From: an uncultured delta proteobacterium
Lineage (GTDB): Bacteria; Desulfobacterota; Binatia; Binatales; Binataceae
Direction: 5' to 3'
DNA: 64,000 bases
Assembly (NCBI GenBank): GCA_963842085.1
Contig: CAWJET010000002.1
Span: 1,152,001 to 1,216,000, forward strand
The translations under genes and the position numbers were made by a program. Below, in pieces: positions 46,197 to 57,402 of this stretch (its first letter is position 1; each line of letters begins with the position of its first letter). The notes under the pieces were generated by a model. That model did no database searches. It was not told where the DNA came from and saw only the letters and a program-made list of their open reading frames with translations.

Positions 46197-47079
46197 ACGG
46201 AAGCATCCCGACTGGATCAAGGTTCGCGCGCCGGCGTCGCCCGAGTACTTTCGCACCAGGGCGATTCTCGGCGAGCTCAAGCTGCATTCCGTCTGCCAGG
46301 AGGCGTGCTGCCCGAACATCGGCGAATGCTTTTCGCATCGCACGGCCACCTTCATGCTGATGGGCGACGTGTGCACGCGCAACTGTCCGTACTGCGCGGT
46401 CGCGCACGGCAAAGTGCGCCCGCTGGATGCCGACGAGCCGCGGCGAATCGCGGAGGCGGTGGCGCGGCTTGGGCTGCAACACGTCGTCGTCACCTCGGTC
46501 GATCGCGACGACCTGCCCGACGGCGGCGCCGCGCATTTCGCGGCGACGGCGCATGCGATCAAAGCGAATCCGGCGCCGGCGCGCGTCGAGGTGCTGGTGC
46601 CCGACTTCCAGGGATCGTTTGCCAGCGTCGAGACGGTGGTGGAAGCGCCAATCGACATCTACAACCACAATATCGAAACGGTGCCGAGTCTTTATCGCTC
46701 GGTGCGGCCGGGCGGGAACTACGACCGCTCGCTCGACGTTATCCGCCATGCAAAAGATACCGCGCGCCGGCTGGGCAGGCCGATGTTCACCAAGGCGGGC
46801 GTGATGCTCGGGCTGGGCGAGACCAACGAGCAACTGCTCGACGTGCTACGCGACCTGCGCCGCGTCGAGTGCGAGATCCTGACGCTCGGGCAGTATCTGC
46901 GGCCGTCGGCGGAACACATTCCGGTGGCCAGGTACGTGCCGCCGGCGGAGTTCGCGGAGTTGAAGACTGCGGCGCTCGCGATGGGGTTCCATCACGTCGA
47001 GTCGGGGCCGCTGGTGCGCAGCTCGTACCACGCGTGGAAACACGTGCAGCAAGACGGCGCGGCCGCCGGGATATCCTAA
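46189..47079 (+). CDS. lipA: Lipoyl synthase
   Basis: CQEACCPNIGEC, CTRNCPYC, RSSYHA. Confidence 0.96.
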   Translation: MAERKHPDWIKVRAPASPEYFRTRAILGELKLHSVCQEACCPNIGECFSHRTATFMLMGDVCTRNCPYCAVAHGKVRPLDADEPRRIAEAVARLGLQHVVVTSVDRDDLPDGGAAHFAATAHAIKANPAPARVEVLVPDFQGSFASVETVVEAPIDIYNHNIETVPSLYRSVRPGGNYDRSLDVIRHAKDTARRLGRPMFTKAGVMLGLGETNEQLLDVLRDLRRVECEILTLGQYLRPSAEHIPVARYVPPAEFAELKTAALAMGFHHVESGPLVRSSYHAWKHVQQDGAAAGIS

Positions 47080-47113
47080 CCTCTCTTTGTCCGAAGAGAG
47101 GTCAGCAATCTCC

Positions 47114-47154
47114 AAAAAAACAGCGCGCCGCGGGACTTCAGTCACGCGGCGCGC
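47114..47154 (-). terminator. Intrinsic terminator after mlaA
   Basis: gcgcgccgcg/cgcggcgcgc stem with an A7 run on its left side. Confidence 0.7.
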
Positions 47155-47187
47155 CGGTCGTCAAATTACGCTTGCTCTAACCTCGGC

Positions 47188-48003
47188 TTACCACTCTTCC
47201 TCGTGAAGCTTCTTGACGTCATGATCGCGCGTCTGCAGGTACGCGTCCTGAACGGCGCCGTAGAGATCGACCGCGTAGCGATCGGCTTCCTCGAATTGGT
47301 TCATATGCAGCGAGCGGTAGTTCACCGCTTCGACCGCGCGCTGCCCGGCGGCCACCGTCACCGATATCCACGTCGGAACCAGGTAGTCCAGCGGATTCAT
47401 CGCACCGTCTGCCACCAGCCCGACCGTGTCGCCAATGGTCGAGGGCCCAAAGAACGGCAGCATCAGGTACGGGCCGGTCGGGATGTTGTAGTAGCGAATG
47501 GTGAGGCCGAAATCGTTGGGATGCTCTTTGAGCCCAAACCATTCGTCGGCGGGATCGAAGAAGCCGACTATCCCGATGGTCGTGTTGATTCCGAAACGGG
47601 CGACTTCGCCGCCGGCTTCGGCCAGCTTGAGCTGAAACAGGTTGTTGGCGAACCGCGGGATCACGTTCACGTTGTCAAAGAATCTGCCTACGCTCTCGCG
47701 CACCGGTTGCGGCGCGATAACTGAGTAGCCGCTGGCGACCGGGCGCAGCACCCAGTCGTCGAGCTTGAGGTTGAAGGTGAACATCGGCTCATTGAAGCCC
47801 GACAATGGATCGGAATAGACGCCCTGATTCTCGCCCGGCGGTGTCTGCGTAGCCGGGGCCGATTGAGCGGCGGCGTTTTGCGACGGCGGAGTGCCGTTCT
47901 GACTCAGCGCCGGCGTCGCAAACGAAACGACCGCGAGCAGGGACCATGCGAGCATCGTCCAGCGCGCGCCTGTCCTTTCGATTTGTTTCGAACCAGATCT
48001 CAT
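47188..48003 (-). CDS. mlaA: MlaA/VacJ family protein
   Basis: DPL..FN..MF.FN, RFGINTT.G..G, GPYLMLP..GPST; start uncertain. Confidence 0.9.
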   Translation of the reverse strand: MRSGSKQIERTGARWTMLAWSLLAVVSFATPALSQNGTPPSQNAAAQSAPATQTPPGENQGVYSDPLSGFNEPMFTFNLKLDDWVLRPVASGYSVIAPQPVRESVGRFFDNVNVIPRFANNLFQLKLAEAGGEVARFGINTTIGIVGFFDPADEWFGLKEHPNDFGLTIRYYNIPTGPYLMLPFFGPSTIGDTVGLVADGAMNPLDYLVPTWISVTVAAGQRAVEAVNYRSLHMNQFEEADRYAVDLYGAVQDAYLQTRDHDVKKLHEEEW

Positions 48004-48073
48004 TTGCCTCTCCGTTGGGCCGTCAAATTTCCCCTGAAAGCGTACCTGTCCGGACCGAAGGAATCCATACCAG

Positions 48074-48742
48074 TTAGTGATTCGCGAGACTTGCCGCAAG
48101 AGCGGCCTGCTTGCTCTTCAAGTCGCTGATCAGGGTCTCGTAGCCCTTGTTGTTCATCACCCGATTAAACTGGTTGCGGTAATTCGCGATGATGCTGATC
48201 GCGTCCACGGTCACGTCGTAGATCTTCCAGGTGCCGCCCTCCTGCAGCAGGCGGTAGTTCACGTGGATTGCGTCCTTGCCCCCCGGCTGAATGATATCGG
48301 TATTGACCTGCGCATATTGGGAGCCCTCGTTCGACGACCTGAGGAAGGCGACCTGCTGCCCGCGATAGTCGTTGATCTTACTAAGGTAAGAATCCTCGAT
48401 GAAAGCGACGAACGCGTTGGTGAACTCCTGCTGCTGGGCAGGCGTGATCTGCTTCCAATGGTAGCCGAGCGCCGACTTCGCCATCTCGGTGAAATCGAAG
48501 GTCGCGGACACGATTTGACGCAGCTTGTCCTGGCGCTGGGCCAGCGGTGTTTGAGTGTCGCGCAGTACCACGAGCGCCTGGTCAACGGTGGTCTTCACCA
48601 CGGACATCGGATCGTCGGCCCAGGCCAGCGCCAGGAAGCGCGACGGTGCAAGGCTCGAAACGAGCGCGGCCGTCAATGTGAACGTCAGCATTGCAATCGC
48701 GCGCCGTCGCAGGATTCGCTGGGTAGAAGTTGGCGTCATCAT
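48074..48742 (-). CDS. mlaC: MlaC periplasmic phospholipid shuttle
   Basis: FDF.EMA..ALG..W, WKIYDV.VD.IS...NYR.QF. Confidence 0.92.
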   Translation of the reverse strand: MMTPTSTQRILRRRAIAMLTFTLTAALVSSLAPSRFLALAWADDPMSVVKTTVDQALVVLRDTQTPLAQRQDKLRQIVSATFDFTEMAKSALGYHWKQITPAQQQEFTNAFVAFIEDSYLSKINDYRGQQVAFLRSSNEGSQYAQVNTDIIQPGGKDAIHVNYRLLQEGGTWKIYDVTVDAISIIANYRNQFNRVMNNKGYETLISDLKSKQAALAASLANH

Positions 48743-48755
48743 AAATCTCACCGGG

Positions 48756-49274
48756 TTATTTCTCGGATTTTCCAGGCTGGTGTTCCTTGTCTGAGTTTGG
48801 GGATTTTGAGTCTTTGTCGGAGCTGCTGCTGCTGCCGGAACTGTTGATTAACTGGCCAATGGCGTCCTCGAGCACAAATGCCGACTGGGTCTGCCGAATC
48901 GTGTCGCCGTTTTTGAGGTAGTGATCGCTCGGGCCGAGTTCGATGGAGACGTACTTGTCGCCGATTATTCCGCTGGTCTTGACCGCCGCAATCGCGTCGT
49001 CGTCGATCTCCACACCGTCGTTCACTCGCATTGCGACTCGCGCGCGATAGTCCTTGAGCCCGATTTGCACAACTTTGCCGATCGGCACGCCGTCCAGCTG
49101 AACCTGATCGCCGGTCTTCAATCCTGAAATATTATCGAAACTTGCGTAGAGGGTGTATCCCGGCGCGGGAATCAGCGAGATCTTGCCCAGCGAAAGCGAC
49201 AGAATAGCCAGGCCGACAATCCCGAGAATCGCGAATATGCCGACGATGAACTGCGTGGTTCGAGTTGCGTACAT
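48756..49274 (-). CDS. mlaD: MlaD/MCE protein
   Basis: F.NISGLK.G..V...GV.IG.V, TSGIIGDKYV. Confidence 0.93.
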   Translation of the reverse strand: MYATRTTQFIVGIFAILGIVGLAILSLSLGKISLIPAPGYTLYASFDNISGLKTGDQVQLDGVPIGKVVQIGLKDYRARVAMRVNDGVEIDDDAIAAVKTSGIIGDKYVSIELGPSDHYLKNGDTIRQTQSAFVLEDAIGQLINSSGSSSSSDKDSKSPNSDKEHQPGKSEK

Positions 49275-49285
49275 AGAGCTTGGTT

Positions 49286-50116
49286 TCAGCCCGCAAGGGC
49301 TGTTTCATTCTCCTCGCCGGATGCTTTGCCGGCCAGAAACGCCTTGAAAACGTCGTCGTCGGCCGCCATCACCTCGGCCACCGTTCCGTTGAGATGAGTG
49401 CGCCCATTGTGCAGAAAAGCGACGCGGTCGGAAACCTGGAAGACCGCGGGCACGTCGTGACTGACCATCACGGCCGTCAGTTGGAAATTTTCCTGCGTGC
49501 GACGGATAAGTTCGTGAATCGCGCCGGTCCGCGTCGGATCGAGGCCGGTGGTCGGCTCGTCGAGCATAAGGATTTTCGGGCGGCGCACCAGCGCGCGCGC
49601 GAGCGCCGCACGCTTTTGCATCCCGCCGCTCATCTCGGAAGGAAACTTGTTTCCCATGCCTTCGAGTCCGACCGCCTTCAGCGTTTCATGCACGCGCTCG
49701 GCGATCGCCGCGCGATTAAGCCCGGTCTTCTCGACCAGCGGGAAGGCGACGTTGTCGAATATCGACATCGAGTCGAACAGCGCGCCGGCTTGAAAGAGCA
49801 TCCCGAATTTTTCGCGCACGCCGTCCAGCGCCCTGCCGCCAAGCTTGGTCACTTCGACGCCGTCAATCACGATTGTGCCCGAGTCGGGCCGCAGCAGCAG
49901 GTTCAGATGCTTGAGCAGGACGGTCTTGCCGGAGCCGCTGGGCCCCACGATCGTAGTGATCTGGCCGGCGGGGAAATCGAGCGTAACGCCGTCGAGGACC
50001 TGCTGGCGGCCGAAACGACGCCGAAGATCGCGCACCTCGATGGCGTTGCCGGCGCTCGCGATGGCGCCAATCGTCGGCGGATTAGCGTCGCGATGATTGT
50101 TTTCGGTTTCGCTCAT
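49286..50116 (-). CDS. mlaF: MlaF ABC ATPase
   Basis: GPSGSGKT, MSGGMQKRAALARA, DEPTTGLDP. Confidence 0.93.
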   Translation of the reverse strand: MSETENNHRDANPPTIGAIASAGNAIEVRDLRRRFGRQQVLDGVTLDFPAGQITTIVGPSGSGKTVLLKHLNLLLRPDSGTIVIDGVEVTKLGGRALDGVREKFGMLFQAGALFDSMSIFDNVAFPLVEKTGLNRAAIAERVHETLKAVGLEGMGNKFPSEMSGGMQKRAALARALVRRPKILMLDEPTTGLDPTRTGAIHELIRRTQENFQLTAVMVSHDVPAVFQVSDRVAFLHNGRTHLNGTVAEVMAADDDVFKAFLAGKASGEENETALAG

Positions 50117-50140
50117 GGCGGTTCGATCGATAGCGCGTCA

Positions 50141-50917
50141 TCACAAAAGTATTGACGTAAGAAAATAGTCGAAAGCAAGAATCAAGACGCTGGACAAAAC
50201 CACGGCCTCGGTGGTGGCGCGGCTGACCCCGGTCGCCATCCGTTCGGCGTTATATCCCTTGTAGCAACAGACCCACATTACGACTACGCCGAAGACCAGC
50301 GCCTTGTAGAGGCCGGTCATGATGTCGTGGCCGCTCATGTTGGCGGCGATGCCGTTGAAGTAGGCGCCCGACGGCGCGCCCATCAGGCCGACGCCAATCA
50401 TGTAGCCGCCAAAGATTCCAATCACGTCGAAGATCGAGGTCAGCAGCGGGAAACTGATCACGCCCGCCAGCATCCGCGGCGAAACCAGGTATTGCACGGG
50501 GTTGATCGCCATCACGGTGAGCGCGTCGATCTGTTCGGTGGATTGCATCGAGCCGAGCTCCGCAGCCATCGCGGAACCGGCGCGCGCCGTGATCATGATG
50601 GCGGCCAGCACCGGTCCGAGCTCGCGCACCAGCACCAGGGCTACGACCGTGCCGAGTGCGCCGTCCGAGCCGAAGCGGCGCAGCGTGTTGTAGCCCTGCA
50701 GCCCAAGCACCATGCCGGTGAAAGCCCCGATCAGAATGATAAGAAAAAGCGAGTCGGCGCCGATGATCCGTGTCTGCCGAATCCATAGCCGCGGCTTGTA
50801 CGGCGGGACGAAAACAAAAAAGACCGAGCCCAGCAAAAAAAGCACAAACCCGCCGAGGCGGACAATGCCGTCGAGCACAAGCGCGCCCAGCCGCTCAATC
50901 ATTTCAACGATCGACAT
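50141..50917 (-). CDS. mlaE: MlaE ABC permease
   Basis: RELGPVL, RAGSAMAAELGSM..TEQIDAL. Confidence 0.94.
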   Translation of the reverse strand: MSIVEMIERLGALVLDGIVRLGGFVLFLLGSVFFVFVPPYKPRLWIRQTRIIGADSLFLIILIGAFTGMVLGLQGYNTLRRFGSDGALGTVVALVLVRELGPVLAAIMITARAGSAMAAELGSMQSTEQIDALTVMAINPVQYLVSPRMLAGVISFPLLTSIFDVIGIFGGYMIGVGLMGAPSGAYFNGIAANMSGHDIMTGLYKALVFGVVVMWVCCYKGYNAERMATGVSRATTEAVVLSSVLILAFDYFLTSILL

Positions 50918-50936
50918 CAGTCCGTGTTTTCAATTT

Positions 50937-51581
50937 TTAGTGATGAGCAATCCCGAGCCGGGCCAACTGGTTTTGAGTATGCGTAGCGGAGCCGGCGCGC
51001 TCAAACTCGGTCAGATCGGCGATCACGTCGAGGTCCAGCGCTGGCCGCGCAAGTCGCAGCACTCTAGCTGGAACGCCAGAGCCGCGGCAATCGTCCAGAT
51101 GCCGCACCAGGCTCATGCGGCCGAATCGAGTGGGCACGGCGTCGGCGGGTGAGCGGCAAATCATGTTGGTGCCGGAAAAATCGCGCGAGGGGACCAGTAC
51201 CGCGCCGCGTCCGGAGGGCATCGCGGCAAACACGGCATCGATATCTTGGGCGGCCGTCAACGGGATGTCGGACAGCACGGTGCACACGGTTCGCGCGCCC
51301 TGGGCGATCAGCGCATCGGTGGCAAGCGCGACGGCAACGTTGAGGCCGCGCGGAAATTCCTCGTCGATGGCGAGTGCGCCGGCCGCGCGCGCTATCGCCA
51401 GCAGCCCCGAGTCGGACGTCACCACGGCGACTTGGTCGGCAGCGGCGGCGCCGAGCGAGGCGGCCAGCACGTCGCGGAACATCGCCTCGGCCAGCGCGCG
51501 GCGCTCGCCGGTGGGCAGGACGGGGGCGAGCCGGGTCTTGGCGAATTCGAGCTGCTTGGCTGCAATCAAAATAAAGCGCAC
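50937..51581 (-). CDS. cofC: 2-phospho-L-lactate/PEP guanylyltransferase (F420 biosynthesis)
   Basis: AKTRLAPVL...ER..LA.AM..DVL, GLN.A, DIP, GTN, FG..S...H, LDLD...DL. Confidence 0.88.
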   Translation of the reverse strand: MRFILIAAKQLEFAKTRLAPVLPTGERRALAEAMFRDVLAASLGAAAADQVAVVTSDSGLLAIARAAGALAIDEEFPRGLNVAVALATDALIAQGARTVCTVLSDIPLTAAQDIDAVFAAMPSGRGAVLVPSRDFSGTNMICRSPADAVPTRFGRMSLVRHLDDCRGSGVPARVLRLARPALDLDVIADLTEFERAGSATHTQNQLARLGIAHH

Positions 51582-51820
51582 GGCGTATCTTTATAACCTA
51601 ACAAGCTCGCGCATCCAAAGGGAACTTCGCACGATGAGATTTGCGCCTGCAGCCAGGAAAAAATTACCGGCTTCGCGCGACATGCTTGCGGCATCCCGAC
51701 CGACGGGGAAATGCTTGACACTGTTTCCGTGCCCGCTCCAACATAAATCGTAGATTTTTCCGGCGCTGGTCCGACCATTGCCCAATCGGAAAGCGCACTC
51801 GTCTTGGAGGAACCTCACCG

Positions 51821-52696
51821 ATGAACAGGAAGCGAAGCCTATTGACCTGGACCGCAGCGATGATCGTGACCGGCGCGATGACCCTGGCGGCGACAGGGTG
51901 CCATCACAAGACCGCCGAGGATTTTCTGGCCGAAGGCGACACTGCCATGCAGGCGACGAAGCTGGCCGACGCGGAAACGGCTTATCAGGAGGCGGCCAAG
52001 CTCGCGCCCAACGATCCGCGCGTCCATATCGCACTTGGAAATCTCTACGTATTCGAGCACAAGCCGGGCGACGCGCAAGTCGAATTCATGAAGGTCCTCG
52101 AGATCGATCCGAAAAATGCTGCGACTCACGTCGCGCTGGGCAACCTCTATGGCGATCAGAACCAGCGCGGATTGGCCGAGAATCAGTACCGCGCCGCGGT
52201 AGCGCTCGAGCCGGACCGCTCCAACTACCATCTCGATCTGGCCGAGGTGCTCAGACAGGAAGGCAAAACCGCCGAGGCTGAAGACCAGATCCGCACCGCA
52301 ATCGGACTCAGCCCCAAGGATGCGAAGGCCCACCTGGCGCTGGCGAATCTGCTCGCGACCGAACCGGCGCGCGCGGCCGAGGCCAACGCCGAGTTCGACG
52401 AGGTGCGGGCGCTCGACGCCAAGCTGATGCCCCCGGCGGCCGCGGCGCCGGCGGGAGCCGCGACGGTGACGGCGTCGGCGCCTGAAGCCGTCGCGCCGAA
52501 GATCAAGCCGCTCAACAAGCTCTTCCTGTTGACAAAAAATTCGCCGGTGTATCAAAATCCCGACGACACCAGTCCCACCGTCGCGCAAGTGCGGCGCAGG
52601 AAGTACGTCCACGTAACCGGGATCACCGGCAACTACCTGCAGATCAAACTCCGGAATGGAACGGTTGGCTTCATACCGGTAGCCGCCGCGGAGTAG
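51821..52696 (+). CDS. TPR lipoprotein with C-terminal SH3-like domain
   Basis: ATGC lipobox, several TPR repeats, YLQIKL.NG.VGFIP. Confidence 0.82.
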   Translation: MNRKRSLLTWTAAMIVTGAMTLAATGCHHKTAEDFLAEGDTAMQATKLADAETAYQEAAKLAPNDPRVHIALGNLYVFEHKPGDAQVEFMKVLEIDPKNAATHVALGNLYGDQNQRGLAENQYRAAVALEPDRSNYHLDLAEVLRQEGKTAEAEDQIRTAIGLSPKDAKAHLALANLLATEPARAAEANAEFDEVRALDAKLMPPAAAAPAGAATVTASAPEAVAPKIKPLNKLFLLTKNSPVYQNPDDTSPTVAQVRRRKYVHVTGITGNYLQIKLRNGTVGFIPVAAAE

Positions 52697-52727
52697 GGCT
52701 GAAATCATACTTTCGAGGTGAGCGGCA

Positions 52728-53435
52728 ATGGCGAACAAGGATCTCGTCACACGTGAAGTGAGCTATCCGGGCCGGGCGTGCGCGCTCAAGGCGTACGTCG
52801 CCGAGCCGCCGGGAACCGAGTCGTCGCCGGCGGCAATAGTGGTGCAGGAATGGTGGGGGTTGAACGAGCATATCCGCGACGTCGCGCGGCGGCTCGCGCG
52901 CGAGGGCTACTTAGCCATCGCGCCGGACCTGTACTCGCGCCAGGGCCACAAGGTCGCGACCGAGCCCAATACGGCCGCGCAACTTATGGGCGGACTGAAG
53001 AAGGCGGACGGCATCGCCGATCTCCAGACCACGGTGGAATGGCTGCGCGCGCAGAAACGGACGCATTCGTCACGCATCGGCGTCACGGGATTCTGCATGG
53101 GCGGCAGCTATGCGCTGCTGCTGCCGTGCGAGAGCAGGGAAATCGCGGCCGCGGCTCCGTTCTACGGCGAAATACCGCCGGACGAAAAGCTGGGGCAGCT
53201 CGCCTGCCCGATCTTTTACGCCTACGGCGAGAACGACGGATGGATCCAGCGGGCCGACGTCGAGCGGCTGGCGGCGGCGCTGAAAAAGTTCGGCAAGCCG
53301 GGTGAGGTCAAGACTTACAAGGGATGCTCGCACGGATTCTTCAACGACACCCGCGCCGACGTCTATCGCGCCGCCGAAGCGAATGACGCGTGGGAGCACA
53401 CGCTCAAGCTGTTCGCCGCAAATCTGAAAGGGTGA
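52728..53435 (+). CDS. Dienelactone hydrolase family protein
   Basis: QEWWGLN, GFCMGG, HGFFND. Confidence 0.93.
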   Translation: MANKDLVTREVSYPGRACALKAYVAEPPGTESSPAAIVVQEWWGLNEHIRDVARRLAREGYLAIAPDLYSRQGHKVATEPNTAAQLMGGLKKADGIADLQTTVEWLRAQKRTHSSRIGVTGFCMGGSYALLLPCESREIAAAAPFYGEIPPDEKLGQLACPIFYAYGENDGWIQRADVERLAAALKKFGKPGEVKTYKGCSHGFFNDTRADVYRAAEANDAWEHTLKLFAANLKG

Positions 53436-53634
53436 TCGGCGGGATTTCGCGCGTAGCGCGCCGGCCGGTCGATTTTGCTGCGCAACTTTCCGCGCACCAA
53501 CCATTGTTGCCGCATTTTGTCCTATTGACGGCGACCCTACCTCGCGACGTTCCGCACTTAGCACCCTGCAGTATGTTTAGGCACAAATTGTCAACCCACT
53601 TACTTCGCTATTGCGCCGGCAAGACACTGCTTGA

Positions 53635-56600
53635 ATGTCGACCACACAAAAGCCGCCGCGAGTAATTTCCAACCTTCATCTGAGCGCCATCGTACTTGTA
53701 TCCTTCGTCGCCTTATTCATGGTAACGGCGTTGCCGGCGGCGACCGGCGACAACATCGCGGATGCCGTGCTCGGGCAAATCGACTTCGCGCACAATCCAA
53801 TCAACAACGCCGGCGCGGCGAGTCTCGATTCGCCAAGCCAGATGGCCGTCGATCTGAGCGGCGCCACTGAGCATCTGTACGTCGTCGACGGCGCCAGCAA
53901 TCGCATCCTCGGATGGAACGACGCCACCAGTTTCGTCAATGGCCAGAACGCGGACCTCGAAATCGGCCAGCCCGACTTTGAAACCACGCGATGCAACAGC
54001 GGCACTGCCGGCCCCGACGTCGCCGGTCTTGGTGCGGATAGTCTCTGCCTGCCGGGCGGTGTGGCCGTGGACGGCGCCGGCAATCTCTACGTCGCGGACA
54101 CCGGCAACAATCGAGTGCTTGAATACAATCAGCCGTTCGCGCAAGCAATCAGCGTCGGCTTCGCCGCCAATGTCGTGTTTGGACAGGGCGGCAGCTTCAC
54201 TCAAGCTGTGTGCGCGCAGACGGCGGCGGGTCTGTGTTCGCCGCAGGGAGTCGCCTCGGACTCGAGCAACAATCTTTACGTCGCCGACGCCGGCAACCAT
54301 CGCGTGCTCGAATTCAATCAGCCGCTGGGAACATTCAACGCCATCACCGGCGCCGGCGACACCAACGCGGATCTCGTCTTTGGACAAGGCGCGACCGGCA
54401 CCGACTTTGCCAGCCACAACTGCGTCACCAACACCGATAGCGCGTCAGCCGTCGGGATGTGCAACCCCTTGTCGGTCGCCGTCGACGGTTCGGGAAATGT
54501 CTTCGTCGGCGACGACGGCGATCATCGCGTGCTCGAATTCAATCAGCCCCTGGCGCCGCTCAACATCGCCACCGGCGCCGGCGATGTAACCGCCGACCTG
54601 GTCCTCGGCCAGGGCTCCAGCGGAACCGATTTTACCGACTTCACCTGTTATGACGGGGTCGGCGGCGATCCCGCGCCCAGCGCCGACGGCATTTGCAACC
54701 TGAACGGATTGGCACTCGATAGTGCCGGCGATCTGTTTGTGACTGATATCAGCAACAGTCGCGTGCTCGAGTATCTGAACCCGCTCGCGACCGGCGGCGG
54801 ATCGCCGGGCACGCCCGGCAGTTCCGGCGACGTGACCGCGGACGTCGTCTTCGGCCAGGGCGGCAATTTCACCACTGCCGTATGCGGGGGCGCCGCGAGC
54901 AGCGGGATTGCTCCCAGCGCATCCGTGCTATGCCTGCCCGACGGAGTTGCGGTGGACGGTTCGGGCGACGTGTTGGTCGCCGACGCGTCGAACAGCCGCG
55001 TCCTCAAGTACGTCAATCCCCAGTCGTCTCCGCCGGTAGCGAGCGTGGTGCTCGGACAGGCCGACTTGTTGCACAACGGAATCAATAATCCGACCGCCGC
55101 CGCACTCCAGGCGCCCGAGGGCCTCGCGATCGATTCCAGCGGCGGCTCCAACCGGCTCTACGTCGCCGACTCGAACAATAATCGCGTGCTCGGATGGGCC
55201 AACGCGGGCGCGTTCCTCAACGGCAGCCCGGCGGATATCGTTATCGGCCAGCCCGACGCGCGCTCGGTCGCATGCAACGACGGTGTCGCGGTCGGCGATT
55301 CCAGCGGAGTCGGCGCGGACAGCCTGTGCAATCCCGTGGACGTCGCGGTGGACAGTTCGGGGCATCTGTATGTAGCCGACGCCGGCAATAATCGCGTGCT
55401 CGAATACGACGATCCGTTCGGCGCGCCCTTGCCGGTTGGACTCAGCGCCAATCGCGTGTTCGGACAAGGCGACACATTCACGACCGTCGGATGCAACCTC
55501 GGCACCGCCACTATCAACGCTACTACAATGTGTCTGCCTGAAGGCCTCGCGCTGGACACGGCGGGAGATCTGTTCGTGTCCGATCAGAGCAACAATCGCG
55601 TGCTCGAGTTCAATCAGCCGCTCGCAACGCCCAATATGCTCACCGGCGTGGGCGATACGGTCGCCGATAATGTGTTCGGACAAAGCGGCATCTTCACCAC
55701 CGCGCTCTGCAACGGCGGCGCCGGTCCCAGTGCGGACACGCTATGCGCTCCGCGCGGGCTGGTCGCCGACCCCAGCGGCGACCTGTTCATCGCCGACACG
55801 GACAATTCGCGCGTCCTCGCATATCTGAACCCGCTCGGCAGCGGCGGCGGAACGCCTGGCACGCCCGGCAGTCCCGGCGACACAACCGCGGATCTCGTTT
55901 TCGGCCAGGGCAGCAGCGGGACCAGCTTCACGACTCAGGTATGCTCGAGTTCGGCGGCCTCGCCCGCGCCGAGCGCCACGGGAATTTGTGAGCCCGCCGG
56001 CATCAGCCTCGACAATCTCGGCAACCTGTTCGTCGCCGACGCATCCAACAATCGCGTGCTCGAGTACAACGCGCCCCTGGCAGCGCCCAACCTGGCCACT
56101 GGCGCCGGTGACGTCGTCGCGGACCTGGTTTTCGGACAAAGTGCCGCCGGTACCGATTTTGTCTCCAGCGCCTGCGCCGACGCCGCCCCCGGTGACCCCG
56201 CGCCCAGCGCAACCGCGATGTGCCAGCCGGCCGGCGTTGCGATGGATTCACTCGGCAACCTGTACGTCGCCGACGAAACGAACAATCGCGTGTTGCGTTT
56301 CGACCAGCCCATAGCACCCTTGACTGCAACTCCCACGGCTACTCCGACCACCGCCGCGACCGACACGCCCACCGACACTCCGACGGCGACCGATACGGCC
56401 ACGGCGACCGACACGCCGACCGACACAGCCACTGCAACTGCGACCGACACCGCAACCGACACACCGACCGCAACTGCAACCGACACTGCAACGGCAACGG
56501 CGACGGCCACTGATACCGCAACTGCAACTTCGACGCCGACGCCGACCGATACGGCCACGGCGACCGACACGCCGACCGCCACAGCGTCCGCAACCGACAC

Positions 56601-57375
56601 CGCGACTGCGACCGCAACCGCGTCTGACACGCCGACCGCAACCGCGACCGACACTGCAACTGCAACAGCGACGGCCACTGATACCGCAACTGCAACCTCG
56701 ACGCCGACGCCGACCGATACGGCCACGGCGACCGACACGCCGACCGCCACCGCGACCGCAACCGACACCGCGACTGCGACTCAGACCGCGACCAGTACTG
56801 CCACTCCGACCTCTACCGCGACCGACACCGCAACGGCGACTGACACCGCAACCGCAACGCCTACTAACACGCCCACGGCGACCGCAACGAGCACCGCGAC
56901 TGCAACCGCGACTCAGACTGCGACCAGTACCGCCACCTCGACCTCAACCGCGTCCGCAACCGCGACCGCAACCGTGACTGCGACGCCATCTGCCACGCCT
57001 TCTCAGGTCCGGACTCCCGTTCCGACTCCCACCGCGACCCCGATGCCTGCCACGCTTAAGGTCTCAGCGGGTCAGCTCAAGCTCGGCAAGGTCGTGTTTG
57101 GCAATGGCGCCGTCAGCAAGCCCCAGCAAGTTAAGCTCAAGAACAAGAGCAAGACCACGCCGGTCACGTTTTCCAGCATCGTCACCAGCGGCGATTTCGC
57201 GATGGTGAGCGGGTGCGGCGCCACGCTCGGACCCAAGTCCAAATGCAGCGTGACCATCCGGTTCTCGCCCACCGCCTTGGGCCCGCGCGAAGGCATGCTG
57301 ACGATCGAAAGCAACGCGAGTAACTCTCCGAGTTCGGTCAGCTTGACCGGCACCGGCACGCAGGCAAAAAAGTAG
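53635..57375 (+). CDS. Large secreted NHL-repeat protein with Thr/Ala-rich linker and C-terminal Ig-like (ASH / choice-of-anchor D) domain
   Basis: More than 10 P.GVAVD..GNLYVAD..NNRVL repeats, TAT/TPT linker, C...L.P...C.V...F.P...G...G.L.I end. Confidence 0.88.
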   Translation: MSTTQKPPRVISNLHLSAIVLVSFVALFMVTALPAATGDNIADAVLGQIDFAHNPINNAGAASLDSPSQMAVDLSGATEHLYVVDGASNRILGWNDATSFVNGQNADLEIGQPDFETTRCNSGTAGPDVAGLGADSLCLPGGVAVDGAGNLYVADTGNNRVLEYNQPFAQAISVGFAANVVFGQGGSFTQAVCAQTAAGLCSPQGVASDSSNNLYVADAGNHRVLEFNQPLGTFNAITGAGDTNADLVFGQGATGTDFASHNCVTNTDSASAVGMCNPLSVAVDGSGNVFVGDDGDHRVLEFNQPLAPLNIATGAGDVTADLVLGQGSSGTDFTDFTCYDGVGGDPAPSADGICNLNGLALDSAGDLFVTDISNSRVLEYLNPLATGGGSPGTPGSSGDVTADVVFGQGGNFTTAVCGGAASSGIAPSASVLCLPDGVAVDGSGDVLVADASNSRVLKYVNPQSSPPVASVVLGQADLLHNGINNPTAAALQAPEGLAIDSSGGSNRLYVADSNNNRVLGWANAGAFLNGSPADIVIGQPDARSVACNDGVAVGDSSGVGADSLCNPVDVAVDSSGHLYVADAGNNRVLEYDDPFGAPLPVGLSANRVFGQGDTFTTVGCNLGTATINATTMCLPEGLALDTAGDLFVSDQSNNRVLEFNQPLATPNMLTGVGDTVADNVFGQSGIFTTALCNGGAGPSADTLCAPRGLVADPSGDLFIADTDNSRVLAYLNPLGSGGGTPGTPGSPGDTTADLVFGQGSSGTSFTTQVCSSSAASPAPSATGICEPAGISLDNLGNLFVADASNNRVLEYNAPLAAPNLATGAGDVVADLVFGQSAAGTDFVSSACADAAPGDPAPSATAMCQPAGVAMDSLGNLYVADETNNRVLRFDQPIAPLTATPTATPTTAATDTPTDTPTATDTATATDTPTDTATATATDTATDTPTATATDTATATATATDTATATSTPTPTDTATATDTPTATASATDTATATATASDTPTATATDTATATATATDTATATSTPTPTDTATATDTPTATATATDTATATQTATSTATPTSTATDTATATDTATATPTNTPTATATSTATATATQTATSTATSTSTASATATATVTATPSATPSQVRTPVPTPTATPMPATLKVSAGQLKLGKVVFGNGAVSKPQQVKLKNKSKTTPVTFSSIVTSGDFAMVSGCGATLGPKSKCSVTIRFSPTALGPREGMLTIESNASNSPSSVSLTGTGTQAKK
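56323..57050 (+). repeat. Low-complexity coding repeat (Thr-Ala/Asp/Pro) with a near-identical 168-bp period duplication
   Basis: The stretch from ~56461 recurs at ~56629. Confidence 0.85.
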
Positions 57376-57402
57376 GGGGCGCGCAGCGGCAGCGATCGGC
57401 GC

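Noticed and set aside
56323-57050. Recurring ~36-bp segments as a CRISPR or ncRNA array
   Set aside because: They are in-frame codon repeats of the Thr/Ala linker. The antisense VAVAV ORF (55935-56768) is only its shadow.
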